A DNA stretch of 64,000 nt from the NCBI GenBank assembly GCA_951406725.2, contig OX597821.1:9424001-9488000 (forward strand), in the 5' to 3' direction. Shown here one piece after another: positions 27,850 through 43,665 of the stretch. The first letter of the stretch is position 1. Every line of letters begins with the position of its first letter. Origin of the DNA: Octopus vulgaris (taxonomy: Eukaryota). A program made the translations under genes and the position numbers. The notes under the pieces are model-generated. The model did not search any database. It was not told the origin of the DNA and saw only the letters and a list, made by a program, of their open reading frames with translations.

Positions 27850-28293
27850 TAGTGAATTGAAGAAATGGAGTTGAACGAAGATTGAACAGAAATCGTTTTA
27901 TTGCATTCTAGACGTGTTTCGAAAGGCACAATTTACCAAATTCCGATTGAATAAGGAGGCCATATTGTGTCTTTCTCTTCAGGAAGAAATAGGAAATCCG
28001 TTGGAAAAAACAAAAACAGAACAGAGGCGGAGCAAAACAAACATTTCAACATACATTGATAAACAGTTTGGCCATGGGCTCTTAGGAGCCTCGTTCGATT
28101 TGTTTTGCTCCGCCTCTGTTCTGTTTTTGTTTTTTCCAACGGAATTCCTATTTCTTCCTGAAGAGAAAGACACAATATGGCCTCCTTATTCAATCGGAAT
28201 TTGGTAAATTGTGCCTTTCGAAACACGTGTAGAATGCAATAAAACGATTTCTGTTCAATCTTCGTTCAACTCCATTTCTTCAATTCACTAATA
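27847..28293. repeat. Long near-perfect inverted repeat (195-bp arms, 57-nt spacer) abutting (TA)n
   Basis: Arms 27847-28041 / 28099-28293 with two mismatches seen. Confidence 0.95.
28155..28234 (+). ncRNA. Type I minimal hammerhead ribozyme
   Basis: TTC-CTGAAGA-[GAAAGACACAAT...ATTGTGCCTTTC]-GAAAC-ACGT-GTA-GAA; palindromic helix III ACACGTGT. Confidence 0.75.
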
Positions 28294-28450
28294 ATATTAA
28301 AATTCAATTATCCGCACCAACGCACGGTTGCAACACCATATGGTTGTACCTCCAACCGTGCTGTCTTCTGCTGGGATTCTTGCTACCAAGGTATCGGTTA
28401 AACTTTTGATTAATCTGCAACAAGATTATTCATCTTTCTATTCCACAAAA

Positions 28451-28492
<42 letters not shown>

Positions 28493-29122
28493 TGGCATAC
28501 TCACACACACATTCATATGAGCGTGCGTGTGTGTTTCTATATATATGTAAATACAGCATCGTCAATTACAGATAGAGCCTGGTATAAAACGCAGGATCTA
28601 CGATAATTTTGTTTCCACATTACCTAAATCTGGATAGCATATGTTTGTTATTTTTAGTATAGTATAGTACATGATAATAAGTTGTATATTTGAAGCCTAC
28701 GCATATTTAACAAGGAATAATTTGCTCAATATACAGATTTTTATAACCATTTTCCATGGCATCTTCATATCAGAAAATTACTATATTTGTAATATTTTGT
28801 ATTCAAATTTGGCAACATACGTCGTATTAATTTAATTTTTCATTCCTCAACAAATATCAAGTGAGCGTTAAGTTAAATAAATGATATCCTAATTACAGTA
28901 CGATACACAATTGTAAATAACTTAAAAATTACACTCGTATTCTGCATAATGTGATAAACTACGTAGTTAATTCAGGTCAATTGTGTAAGTAGAAACAACT
29001 CAGAAAATTTGAACTAACCATATGCAATAAAATAATTGTCCGAGTATGCGTATAGGAAACAACATACGTGTCAATATTTTAAACACATTTCAATTAATGA
29101 CACTTACAGAGCGAACTATCTT

Positions 29123-30266
29123 CAGGTCAGTATTTCAGATTAAGTACTAAGTAAGCAACGTTTTGAACTATGAAGAATGTGTACCGGACTTTACAGAGCT
29201 TTGAATTTTTTTTAAATATTTTTTTTTTCTGAAATTATCTGATAATACAGAGCAAACTTGATCAAATGCATCAATAAATTAACATTGTAATTTTTTACCC
29301 TGTTGTTACAATCATCTGAAATGGAACTGTCAAAGTGCGATACTCGAGCAATTTTGCTATCATACTTCTAAAAAGGAAATCAGCTGAAACTGCTCTAGAT
29401 ATCAAAGGCACGTTTGGCGAGGAAATGATCAGTGATTGGTCAGCTCGAAAATGTTTTAAACGATTTCGTAGGGGAGATCTGGATGTTGAAGTTAGCTAGA
29501 AGACTGTCTGCAGCCGTTTTCATGTGATCGGAAAAATGCTCGACACGATTTGGATGAAGATCAGAAAATGCGCAGATATGAAATTTCCTAGTCGCATCTT
29601 CTCCGTAACCGGACTGATACATTTTTCGACTATTGTAAATGTCGATGAAATGTGGATTATGTACAATAATAAAGAAGCTCTTCGCAGTGGTTGAACCAAA
29701 CTGAAGCACCAAAAACCTTCCCTAAACCCGTGATCTTTAAAATGAAGGTTATGGTGACTGTTTGGTGGTGTACTGCTGGACTCATCCACTATAACTTTTT
29801 AAAACCCGGAAAAACCATTGCTGCAGAAATATATTGTCAAAATGAACGAAAAACTGTTTCTCCTCCGTCCCAGACTGGTCACACTAAGAGGGTTAATCAT
29901 TCTTCATGACAGTGCTCGATCACACGTTTCATTAATGACGCTCCAGAAGTTGAGGGAACTTGACTACGAAGTTCTCCCCCACCCAGCTTATTCCCCAGAT
30001 CTTTCTCCTACCAACTACCACTTTTTCAAGGACTTTGATGGTTCCCTGCAAGAGGAGGAATTCAAAAATCAAAGCGATTCTGAAACTGCGTTCAAAGCGT
30101 TCATCAGCTCTAGAACTACAGGTTTTTATGTTACCGGAATAAACAAACTTGTAACTCGTTGGCAAAATGTATTGATTGTAATGGTACTTATTTGATGAAT
30201 AAACATTTCCGCATTTTGATGAATTTCATGTTTCAAAACGTCGTTTACTTTTAACTCAGCCTGATA
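29123..30266 (+). mobile_element. Decayed mariner transposon
   Basis: VDEMWIMYNN, KVMVTVWW, LHDSARSH, HPAYSPDLSPTNYHFF; imperfect TIRs AAGCAACGTTTTGAA / TTCAAAACGTCGTTT...CCTGATA. Confidence 0.9.
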
Positions 30267-30697
30267 TATTAGGCGTTTCATGACATCGAGAATAGTGACA
30301 ACACGCAGATAAAAAAAAACCCGGCAGTCTCTTGCAAAGGATGCGATTATAACCCAGCTAAGATCATTCCGAACTGCTGGTTCTTCACTTAACAGCCTCA
30401 AAATAATAAGCCTCTCGTTGAATTACCGATGTTCTAGAAACTCAGGTGAAGTCCACAATAGCACAGTGTTTGCATATCTTGAACAACGCTGGGGTGTATA
30501 TACACACTCTCCCGCGCACACTGACATCATAGACAGTTTATAGGAAGAGAAATTCTCGAAATATTGGTTTCAAGTTACCCACATTTAAGCTGTAGCTTCT
30601 GGTCTGTTGGTATACGGTATTTCTGCTCTATTCCTACCACTACTACTATAACTGTCCCTGCACTTTAAAGGTGATTGGACCCATATTATCTTCATAT

Positions 30698-31094
30698 ACT
30701 CTTTTTTACTTGTTTCAGTCATTTGACTGCGGCCATGCTGGATCACCGCCTTTTTAATCGAGCAACTCGACCCCGGGACTTATTCTTTTGTACTTATTCT
30801 ATCGGTCTCTTTTGCCGAACCGCTAAGTAACGGGGACATAAACACACCAGCATCGGTTGTCAAGCAATGCTAGGGGGACAAACACAGACACACAAACACA
30901 CACACACGCATATACATATATACATATATACGACGGGCTTCTTTCAGTTTCCGTCTACCAAATCCACTCACAAAGCTTTGGTCGGCCCGAGGCTATAGTA
31001 AAAGATACTTGCTCAAGGTGCAACACAGTGGGACCGAACCCGGAATCATGTGGTTGGTAAACAAGCTACTTACCACACAGCCACTCCTGCGCCT
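30698..31094 (-). mobile_element. SINE family A, full length
   Basis: Head GGCGCAGGAGTGGCTGTGTGGTAAG on the minus strand, internal (TG/TA)n, tail GTAAAAAAGAG. Confidence 0.9.
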
Positions 31095-31630
31095 ATCTTT
31101 ACAATTTCTCTCTATTTACTACACTTGATTTTCTACTTCTCTCGACATATGCCAATCAATATATATTGTCTGCTGTCAGCTCATTGCAGTTGATATTCAA
31201 AAGTGACGCCATTGACATCAATCTCACCGTCCTAGTAGATAAAAAAGACTCTAACATAAAGCATTAATAATCAACAATTCGATAGAATTTTAATATTCTC
31301 ATACTGTTACAAAGATTAAGAGGAAAATTTTTACTGAAAGAAAACGATTTACTAACAAGATAATAAAAGGAACTTAGGGTGCATATTTTGAAATTGTCAT
31401 ACGTTCTAACGTTAGTTTTCAGCTTAAAGTTTAGGTAAAATTCAATTAACTGCGATTAATACAACTCGGTGAAAACGACACGCACATACACACACGCCAC
31501 CCTCACACACACCCACGCACACACACACACGACACACACATACACGTAGACAGACGATTATGTAGGTGTAAACAAACATCATATAGATGTAGAATTTGTA
31601 TGGCTCTGTATATATAAAATCACTTCACAT

Positions 31631-31794
31631 AGGCGCAGGAGTGGTTGTGTGGTACTTAGCTTCCTTACCAACCAAATAGTACCGGGTTCAGGCTCACTTT
31701 GTGGCATGTTGGGCAAGTGTCTTCTACTAAAACCTAGGTCCGACGAAAGTCTTGTGAGCAGATTTGATACACGGAAACTGAAAGAAGCCCGTCG

Positions 31795-31795
<1 letters not shown>
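31631..31795 (+). mobile_element. SINE family A head
   Basis: GGCGCAGGAGTGGTTGTGTGG...GAAAGAAGCCCGTCG then (TA)n. Confidence 0.85.
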
Positions 31796-31853
<58 letters not shown>

Positions 31854-31949
31854 GTTTACCGAATTTTCTCGAGAACATTATTTCTTAGTGGTAAGATCAT
31901 ATGGGGGTCTACAGTTAGCATTTTAGATGCCCGCCTAGTGGTCATCCCT

Positions 31950-32033
<84 letters not shown>

Positions 32034-32252
32034 TCAATTTAGGGTAGCAAAAAAATTCAATAGAAATTTATCGCTACCAGCGGCCTAGTGGAAAAGAGAA
32101 AATAGTCAACGACTAAATATATAAATATAACAATTTAGGAGTGACCTTAACAGGCCATTCGTCCACCAGAAAGAGCAGCCATAACTCACACCGCCAAGTA
32201 GTAGTAATTCAGAAATTAGGTGAAAATTTAAAAACATTTACCCTAATTCATC

Positions 32253-32350
32253 TTTTAGACGATGCATCGTTTCTGTGTCATTAATGATTAAATTAGCTTA
32301 ATTAAATTAAATTAAGCTAATCTACCATAGGTTACACTTCATCAGTAAAA
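32253..32350 (-). ncRNA. Type I hammerhead in array unit 1 (identical copies at 32727-32824, 33200-33297, 33674-33771)
   Basis: TTTTA-CTGATGA-aGTGT...ACACa-GAAAC-GATGCATC-GTC-TAAAA. Confidence 0.8.
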
Positions 32351-34242
32351 AACCTGGGAGAGACAAATATACACGAGGCGTCTGTATCGATGCCTACGGA
32401 ATATCTGTCTTAAAATTTTCAAGACTGACGTATTCGCGCCAAACTTATCAGCAGTAAATATAAACTGCCGATTCAATCTCAGAATTATTCAGAAAATTAT
32501 CAATTAGTCAATTTAGGGTAGCAAAAAAATTCAATAGAAATTTATCGCTACCAGCGGCCTAGTGGAAAAGAGAAAATAGTCAACGACTAAATATATAAAT
32601 ATAACAATTTAGGAGTGACCTTAACAGGCCATTCGTCCACCAGAAAGAGCAGCCATAACTCACACCGCCAAGTAGTAGTAATTCAGAAATTAGGTGAAAA
32701 TTTAAAAACATTTACCCTAATTCATCTTTTAGACGATGCATCGTTTCTGTGTCATTAATGATTAAATTAGCTTAATTAAATTAAATTAAGCTAATCTACC
32801 ATAGGTTACACTTCATCAGTAAAAAACCTGGGAGAGACAAATATACACGAGGCGTCTGTATCGATGCCTACGGAATATCTGTCTTAAAATTTTCAAGACT
32901 GACGTATTCGCGCCAAACTTATCAGCAGTAAATATAAACTGCCGATTCAATCTCAGAATTATTCAGAAAATTATCAATTAGTCAATTTAGGGTAGCAAAA
33001 AATTCAATAGAAATTTATCGCTACCAGCGGCCTAGTGGAAAAGAGAAAATAGTCAACGACTAAATATATAAATATAACAATTTAGGAGTGACCTTAACAG
33101 GCCATTCGTCCACCAGAAAGAGCAGCCATAACTCACACCGCCAAGTAGTAGTAATTCAGAAATTAGGTGAAAATTTAAAAACATTTACCCTAATTCATCT
33201 TTTAGACGATGCATCGTTTCTGTGTCATTAATGATTAAATTAGCTTAATTAAATTAAATTAAGCTAATCTACCATAGGTTACACTTCATCAGTAAAAAAC
33301 CTGGGAGAGACAAATATACACGAGGCGTCTGTATCGATGCCTACGGAATATCTGTCTTAAAATTTTCAAGACTGACGTATTCGCGCCAAACTTATCAGCA
33401 GTAAATATAAACTGCCGATTCAATCTCAGAATTATTCAGAAAATTATCAATTAGTCAATTTAGGGTAGCAAAAAATTTCAATAGAAATTTATCGCTACCA
33501 GCGGCCTAGTGGAAAAGAGAAAATAGTCAACGACTAAATATATAAATATAACAATTTAGGAGTGACCTTAACAGGCCATTCGTCCACCAGAAAGAGCAGC
33601 CATAACTCACACCGCCAAGTAGTAGTAATTCAGAAATTAGGTGAAAATTTAAAAACATTTACCCTAATTCATCTTTTAGACGATGCATCGTTTCTGTGTC
33701 ATTAATGATTAAATTAGCTTAATTAAATTAAATTAAGCTAATCTACCATAGGTTACACTTCATCAGTAAAAAACCTGGGAGAGACAAATATACACGAGGC
33801 GTCTGTATCGATGCCTACGGAATATCTGTCTTAAAATTTTCAAGACTGACGTATTCGCGCCAAACTTATCAGCAGTAAATATAAACTGCCGATTCAATCT
33901 CAGAATTATTCAGAAAATTATCAATTAGTCAATTTAGGGTAGCAAAAAAAATTCAATAGAAATTTATCGCTACCAGCGGCCTAGTGGAAAAGAGAAAATA
34001 GTCAACGACTAAATATATAAATATAACAATTTAGGAGTGACCTTAACAGGCCATTCTATTGAATTTTTTTGCTACCCTAAATTGACTAATTGATAATTTT
34101 CTGAATAATTCTGAGATTGAATCGGCAGTTTATATTTACTGCTGATAAGTTTGGCGCGAATACGTCAGTCTTGAAAATTTTAAGACAGATATTCCGTAGG
34201 CATCGATACAGACGCCTCGTGTATATTTGTCTCTCCCAGGTT

Positions 34243-34340
34243 TTTTACTGATGAAGTGTAACCTATGGTAGATTAGCTTAATTTAATTTAATTAAGCTAA
34301 TTTAATCATTAATGACACAGAAACGATGCATCGTCTAAAA
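34243..34340 (+). ncRNA. Same hammerhead in the inverted copy
   Basis: CTGATGA 34248-34254, GAAAC 34320-34324, GTC 34333-34335, stem I TTTTA/TAAAA. Confidence 0.8.
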
Positions 34341-34462
34341 GATGAATTAGGGTAAATGTTTTTAAATTTTCACCTAATTTCTGAATTACTACTACTTGGC
34401 GGTGTGAGTTATGGCTGCTCTTTCTGGTGGACGAATGGCCTGTTAAGGTCACTCCTAAATTG

Positions 34463-34566
<104 letters not shown>

Positions 34567-34614
34567 ATATATTTGTGTCTGTGTATTTGTGTGTGCATAT
34601 GTTTGTGTGTCTGT

Positions 34615-34812
34615 GTTTGTATCCCACTATCGTTTGATAACAGATGCTGGCGTGTTCACGTGCTCGTAACTAGGCGATTCGGCAAAACTAACCGATAGAA
34701 TAATTACTAGGCTGAAAAGGAATATGTTCTGGGGTTGATTTGTTTAACTTGCGGTCGTGCCCAAGCATGACCGCTGTCAAGATGACTGAGAAATAAGAAT
34801 AAAGGACTGAAA
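34615..34812 (+). mobile_element. Diverged SINE family A 3' half
   Basis: GATGCTGGCGTGTT...TCGGCAAAA..ACCGATAGAATAA. Confidence 0.65.
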
Positions 34813-35136
34813 GAATATATATCTTTGTATGTGTGTGTTTGCGTGCTTGTGTCTATGTATGTCTTTGTGTGTTTTAGTATGAAATCATGTATGTATGCAT
34901 GTATGTATATATGTGTGTATATATGTATAGATAGTTTGAAGTGGTATAGGCTTTATATATTAAGAAAAAGGCGATAGTCAGAATCAGCATTTTGGATAAT
35001 TTGCTACATAATGTTTTCATATCCTTACAGATACTCAACAAAGATGTTGTTTTCTATATAAATATGTTTTCTTACATATGTGAGGATGTGGTAAACAACC
35101 TGGAATTGATTCGGGAACATCCGTTGCTATTTCAAA

Positions 35137-35174
<38 letters not shown>

Positions 35175-35212
35175 ACTCTCTCTCTCTCTCTCTACATATA
35201 TATATATATATA

Positions 35213-35418
35213 GCAAAATAATAGATCAAACATATGCCTGTATACATACATATATGTACGTACCTACATCTATATGTATATATACATGCATATAAGGGTA
35301 CATGACAAAAAAAAAACGTCGAACACAATGAGAAAAGAAAACATAAAAACAAAACCATGGAAACGGAATTTTTTTTAAACAACGAAAAAACAGAGTACAA
35401 GACGTACAACACAAGGAA
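35213..35418 (-). repeat. Diverged copy of the 3' part of the 54.0-55.0 kb element
   Basis: Reverse complement matches 54830-55045 (CTTGTACTCTGTTTTTTCGTTG...GTAGGTACGTACATATATG). Confidence 0.8.
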
Positions 35419-37109
35419 TACATATATATGTATGTATATGTATGTGTGTGTGTTTGGTTTTCTCTCTGTGCTTTTGTGTGTGTGTGTGTGTGTGTTTCTC
35501 TATGGGCTCTTGCGTGTGTGTGTGTTCATCTTTGTGCTTATGCGTGTATGTGTTGGATTTTTTAAGTTTTATAAGCGGAAGAAAAAGCACAACAGAAAAA
35601 AGGCAAAGCAGAAAGAACTGATATGAATGAAAGACGGTAAAAAGAAGAGAGAGCTGGAATCCTTTTGTTTGTTGGTTGTAATAGAAAACATTTCAAGAGG
35701 CTAAATTTCCATTTTGATTTCTTTTTGCCAGCTGTCATGTTATCCACTTGTAGTAAATAGACTCTATGAAAATTGTTTTGTAAAGTTAAACGTATGTGCA
35801 TGCATATTTAAGCATATGTATGTGAGAGAGTATGTGGGCGTTTTGTGTTGGTTGCATAAGTGTATTTTTCCAGTGGAAAAAACAAAAATGGTTCATTAAT
35901 TATCTAATAACTATTCAAAAATAAAATCCATTATGAAAACAAAACAACGAAGAAAAGAAATTCTTTAAAGAAAAACGTGGAAATCTCTCCCAAACTTGCC
36001 ATACAAAAACATCAGTCTACCCGACGTGCACAGGCTTATGTGGAGATAACCTGAAGATCATTTCAAACGCAAACTAACAACGTATACGCTACAGGGATAA
36101 AAAAATGTCACTCGCAAAGGCAAACACAAGATATAAAAGACAAACGCCTTCTCATAATTCCAAATGCCCTAAATGGACAAATATCAATTCATAACGAGTA
36201 AGAATAAAATAAAAACTGACAAAGTGAAAGATATAAAAACAAACAAATATACCTCATGGTTAAGAAATCCACGGTTAGTGACTAGCAGTCTCAAATATTC
36301 CGGTATGGCTTAATATGTATAATAGTGGATGGGAATAAAACAGACACTATATGCAATATATTACAGACGGAAAACATGAAAGGTTCGATACCTACGAATA
36401 CACAACGAAACCCAAAAAGACATGAACCAAGGACACACTATTCGTCCTGTTTTAGCAAAAGCGTAACTACAGTCGATTCCCAATCACGATGTACATATAG
36501 CCTTTGGTAACCGCCTCAGAAATTTGGCACTTTAGACTCCATTTATGGAGAGGCCCTTTTGAATTTAGTAAATAAAATGCTTTCCGTCCCCACCAGAATT
36601 GCCCGTAAATGGAAAAGAAAAAGATCTTCTGAGAGAAGAAAAGCTAGGTGTATTAACATTTAAAAGCCACAACTCCATCATCCTAAAAGAAGATGATAAG
36701 TGTGCGGTAATAATCATTACTTATTTCACGAGTTAGCATCATTAGACTATGACCGGCATAAGAATATAGAAGTTTATTTGCATATTCCAATAAACTAATT
36801 CAAATGTTATAATGTTCTCTGGAGCATATATTATATTACTATTGATAATGATAACCTATATAGAATCTTGTCATCCAAATATTTTTTTAAAGGTATATAC
36901 AGCATATTACACAGATCTATACGTGTTTCCACCACAACACTTCATAATGCTGCAGATCCAACTTTGCAATATCGTCGGTGCAGTTTCTGGTGCAGTTGAA
37001 ACACTTGTAGGTCACTGTAATATGCGGTATAAATTTATGGATGTGCAAGTTTTCATTCTCTTTTTTATTATTATTAATACTTATATATATTCTTTTATTC
37101 TTTTATTCT

Positions 37110-37511
37110 ATTACTTCTTTCAGTCATTTGACTGCGGCCATGCTGGAGCACCGACATTAATCAAGCAACTCGACCCCGGGACTTATTCTTTGTAAGCCCA
37201 GTACTTATTCTATCGGTCTCTTTTGCCGAACCGCTAAGTGACGGGGACATAAACACACCAGCATCGGTTGTCAAGCAATGCTAGGGGGACAAACACAAAC
37301 ATATACGCACACATATATATACATATATACGACGGGCTTCTTTCAGTTTCCGTTTACCAAATCCACTCACAAGGCTTTGGTCGGCCTGAGGCTATAGCAG
37401 AAGACACTTGCCCGAGGTGCCACGCGGTGGGACTGAACCGAGAACCATGTGGTTGGTAAACAAGCTACTTACCACACAGCCATATATATCTTGTATATAT
37501 ATATATATATG

Positions 37512-37550
<39 letters not shown>

Positions 37551-37772
37551 TCTCTTTTACTCTTTTACTTGTTTCAGTCATATGACTGCGGCCATGCTGG
37601 AGCACCGCCTTTAATCGAGTAACTCGACTCCGGGACTTATTCTTTTGTAAGCCCAGTACTTATTCTATTGGTCTCTTTTGCCGAACCGCTAAGTAACGGG
37701 GACATAAACACACCAGTATCAGTTGTCAAGCAATGCTAGGGGGACAAACACAGACACACAAACACACACATG

Positions 37773-37814
<42 letters not shown>

Positions 37815-37980
37815 TACGACAGGCTTCTTTCAGTTTCCATCTACCAAATCCACTCACAAGGCATTGGTCGGCCCGAGGCTATAACAGAAGACACTTGCCC
37901 AAGGTGCCACGCAGTGGGACTGAACCCGGAACCATGTGGTTGGTTAGCAAACTACTTACCACACAGCCACTCCTGCGCCT
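37110..37980 (-). mobile_element. Two adjacent SINE family A copies (37110-37480, 37548-37980)
   Basis: Collinear with other family A copies. Confidence 0.9.
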
Positions 37981-38070
37981 ATATATATATAATCCCAGGC
38001 AAAGTCGGGTTATACCGCTAGTATACATATATATATATATAATCCCAGGCAAAGTCGGGTTATACTGCTA

Positions 38071-39427
<1,357 letters not shown>

Positions 39428-39491
39428 CATATATATATATAAGTATTAATAATAATAAAGAGAATGAGTTGTGGAATTTCGTACATTTTTC

Positions 39492-39629
39492 ACATTATTT
39501 ACATTTGACGGATATTTGTCCTCATCTCGTTTGTTGTTAACACAACGTTTCGGTTGATGTGTCCTCCACCCTTCATCTTGGGGAAATTTCGAACCTGGGT
39601 TCTCATTCCTAAGGTATTTTTCGATGTTG

Positions 39630-39694
<65 letters not shown>

Positions 39695-39918
39695 TTTGTT
39701 GTTGTTGTTGTTGTTTTTCAGGTCTCTGCTTCGAATCGAACTCGGAATCCTGGGGTTAGTAGCTCGCGCTCTTACCCACTACGCAATATACCCGTGTGAA
39801 CCCAGGTTCGAAATTTCCGCAAGACACCTGATGAAGGCTTGGTGGGAGTCGATTAGCCGAAACGTTGTGTTAACAACAAACAAGATGAGGACAAATATCT
39901 GTCAAATGTAAATAATGT
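39492..39918. repeat. Inverted repeat (~110-120-bp arms) enclosing a tRNA-like head and TTA/GTT microsatellite
   Basis: Arms 39492-39602 / 39798-39918; minus-strand GCGTAGTGGGTAAGAG...GAGTTCGATTC at 39721-39784. Confidence 0.85.
39823..39871 (+). ncRNA. Minimal type I hammerhead (PLE-type, likely dimer-dependent)
   Basis: GACAC-CTGATGA-a-GGCT...AGCC-GAAAC-GTT-GTGTT; palindromic AACGTT. Confidence 0.75.
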
Positions 39919-42270
39919 AAATATATATATATGCATGTATCTATGTATGAATTTCAGGATTAGAATGCCAAATAAAAGATACAATTTCAAGGAACAGTAG
40001 AATTTTCTCTTGATACACTGGTTATCGTAAAAGTATTGTAACAAAATGTTAGCATATAAAAACAACCACTAAGCCACTACGACCCTGTATAAAGTTTCTT
40101 AAATCTTCAACCTCATCAAACAAATACACAGACAGATACACGCACACATACATGCACACATTCACACACTCAGAAAACGTCATCAAGAAATGATCTAGCA
40201 ATTTAATGAATAAGCTGTGTTATTTTATGTAGTAATGATTTCTATCGATTTGAGATTATCATATGTTTATGGATAAGGACATTGGGATAGAAATATTAAC
40301 AAACTCAAGCAGAAAGGCACCTGGACGTCCGGGAGTCATAGTTTACTGCCTCGGTTTTATGAGATGCGTCTTCGGTCTCCTATTGCATTTCAAATGACTT
40401 CCAAACTATTATTGTCATATAGAATATCATGACCTCAACAAAACTATATTTTAAAATACGTGCACGCTTACATATTTATAGAGAATTATATTTACGCTAG
40501 CTACTAATTTCATAGCAATTCGCTTTGTATTAACATTGAAAAAGATGAACTTAACCATCTTTCTAAAAATATAATAATTCAGTAGCGTTAATGAGCTACT
40601 TGACATTACAATATTTATTGCATATGTAATATTGGGTATCTCAAATTATGGGGAATATATTGTTATATGTGATATAATAAAATTGTAATTCCTCTTCTAA
40701 TTCCTTCTTGAATATGAAAATGCTACTGTAACTGTACTGCATTAATACTCTTATGATTTAAAACATTATATTTATTCTGACATCTTTCATCCAAAAGCAA
40801 TGATGATTTTATCGTTCATGAAAAAACATTAAGAATATTTTTGTAAGATGTAATACATGAAAAGATCATATCATATAATTTCAACCAAACGTTTTCTTTT
40901 AATTCATACACTAAGAAATTATTACATTAAAATGTCGCTTACAGAATTCTGAAATTTGAAGAACTGAAAACACAAATATAAGCATTCTCAAAACTAATGT
41001 TTATATTTGTGACAAATGTCACTATGCTTTAGAAAAAATTTGCCATCTGCGACCTGTCATCGTGCATGTTGTTCAAATTGTTTCCAATTCATTTTATTTC
41101 GTGAAAATGTCCATTCATATTTAAATTTAGTTATAACTTAATTTTAGAGGGTCAGTAACGTCAAATATACTTCTTCCATTTTTTGATGGAGGTGAACGGT
41201 AGAGCCTTTCCTTTTCCGCGATTAGGCGTACATTCTTGGGTTATTCACCAACTACTGTTTGCCACTTTTTAGAGAATTTACTGCCTGGGTATGTTATATA
41301 GAACCTAGTTTCAGACTAAAATCAAATGTTTTACTAGTCAATGAATCTCAACAGTTTCCAAAGTAATATTAAAAACATTGTAAATAACAAGCAATTAAAT
41401 ATTTGTTTAGAATTCGATATAGAAACTTCTTTAGAAAATTCCGGGAATCGATGAAAAACCAGTAATCTGCTTTAGGACCACCCATACCAGCAGCTTTTTA
41501 AGACATTAAGCAGCCTTTACGTAAGTTTCATAACATATGCTTTTCAAATTTTGAGTACGGAGTTTTGAACAAAACATGTCAGGTGGCTGACATGCATCAT
41601 TTACCAACAAACATCATGGCTAGAATTCCTTATGACAAACAAATTTAGATAATGATTATCTCTGATAACTCTAATACTCTTTCAGCTTATTTTTTGTAAA
41701 GACACTCTTTAAGTAAACATTTTATAACAAGCCGTAATATTTTGCTTTCAGATCAAAAGATAACTAATGACATTTCCTTTTTTAAAGGTCGGTTTACACG
41801 TATTTCCATGTTAGTTTCAAAATCGTTCAATTTTATCTTGATAAATGCAAGAAAAGACTAATTTTTTGGCATCGAAATCCAATCTCATGTAATGCCGTTT
41901 GCTGCAAACAAGAACAAGAACAACAAAAACAAGTCGTATCCGTATTTACCAAATTGAATAAATAATGTATATTCATTTGAAGTATATAGCACCAGCTACA
42001 TGCCAGATTCTTTTCAACTGAAGAGAGTAAAGTAGCATTATTGCAGGATTTACTGACATAAAACTAAGATAACCGACATTTTTAGTACGCTTTTATTTAA
42101 GTGATGAATACTGCTTTATGCATCGTAGAATTCCCTCTCATTATACAATAAAGTGGGCATTCTGTTGAAAACCCCATGAGGTTGATTTATGAAATTCATA
42201 TTAGGGACATATGCTAATATTCTACTTTTCAAAAATATTTGATATATTTAATATATCCCGAATATTACGA

Positions 42271-42313
<43 letters not shown>

Positions 42314-42316
<3 letters not shown>

Positions 42317-43215
42317 CAAAGGCGAATTAATATCACTTGACTTAAAAGTATATTTTAAGCTGATGGAACAGATCAGAATGTTTACAAAAACGTTCCGTAA
42401 CAACACGGACATCATGTAGCCCCACAGAATGAGAAATGTATTACCATAATATTTTGAGAGACAGAAATTTCCAACGAAGGAATCCATCGAATTTTGAAGC
42501 GCTGTCATTAGAATAGTTACATTCCAAGAATTGTCCATGATCTCAGTGAAGACGATCCTCACCGATGACTGATGCTTCGCGAGTTATGCATTATTTTATT
42601 TGTAGAAAACGAACATGCTCTAACAATGATTGTGTGAAGTGAATAGCCTCTACCACTACCGCTACACCTACTGAGGACATGGAGATCCTCGTATTACGGA
42701 AGAACGTCGTGTTTCGTCATTTACCAGGAACTGATGCGGTTTAACATTAAAAGGATTTATTGTAGCATTTACTATGTTCTGAAATATTTATTCCCAACAA
42801 AATGGAGTATTCGCCACACTATCATAGTAAAGTAAGGGTTTAAATTTATATGATTTTGCTTAACATGTGAGGTGCAGGATATATTCAGTAAAATATACTC
42901 TATTTTCACAGCACTGGACCTTCTGGTTAGGGAATGTTAAAAAGATAACATTTCCTATACACAACCGAATACAGGGAGAGGCTGTTGAATGAGAATGAGC
43001 ATTAATTCAAAAAGTACTGCCATTTGTTGATTACGATTTCATTGCTGTGCATTCCAAATAGTGCCGGGATATGGACCTCAATCAGTTTGAAAAGAGTTGT
43101 TCATAAAGTAATTAAATTCTGCTAGCTGATTATAATAAATCTTGAAAACGAAATATAGTTTAATAAAAACTGACATTATAATCATTCATTATGTGTATTC
43201 ATTTTGAGGAGTTGG
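42314..43215 (+). mobile_element. Highly decayed Tc1/mariner-superfamily transposon
   Basis: PRIVHDLSEDDPHR.L motif and downstream LDLLV/GMLK-like remnants; starts at TA. Confidence 0.45.
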
Positions 43216-43622
43216 GCCGTATTTCATTTTAGTGAAATATTTGTCATCTCTGATATTAAGAAAATATTTCAAATCGTAGCATTGTTTAAAGCTGTTGATC
43301 AGTTTGATGTTATTAATTACATGGTAACTTTATTCTGAAATTTGAATATCTGGTTAAATATAATTCACTCTCAGTATCGATAATGTTTACATTATATATT
43401 TAAAATTAAACAGCTTTACTTCGCTTTATGATTTCTGTCTATCAAATCCTTCAATTTCTATAAATTGCATTTTCCTATATCGCCACGTTTATATGGTTGA
43501 TGTTTCACTTCAGGTCAACACTGATCGATATAGTCCTAAAGTTTCCAAGCTGTGATCTGAATATGGATGACAGTTTATTTACCGAACCCTGTATATATAT
43601 ATATATATATAGATAGATAGAT

Positions 43623-43665
<43 letters not shown>

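Noticed and set aside
27914-28226. Two near-identical 97-aa ORFs on opposite strands
   Set aside because: Consequence of the inverted repeat; no protein motif
35960-36250. Possible GIY-YIG remnant (AYVEIT..DHFK)
   Set aside because: Too degenerate to support by eye
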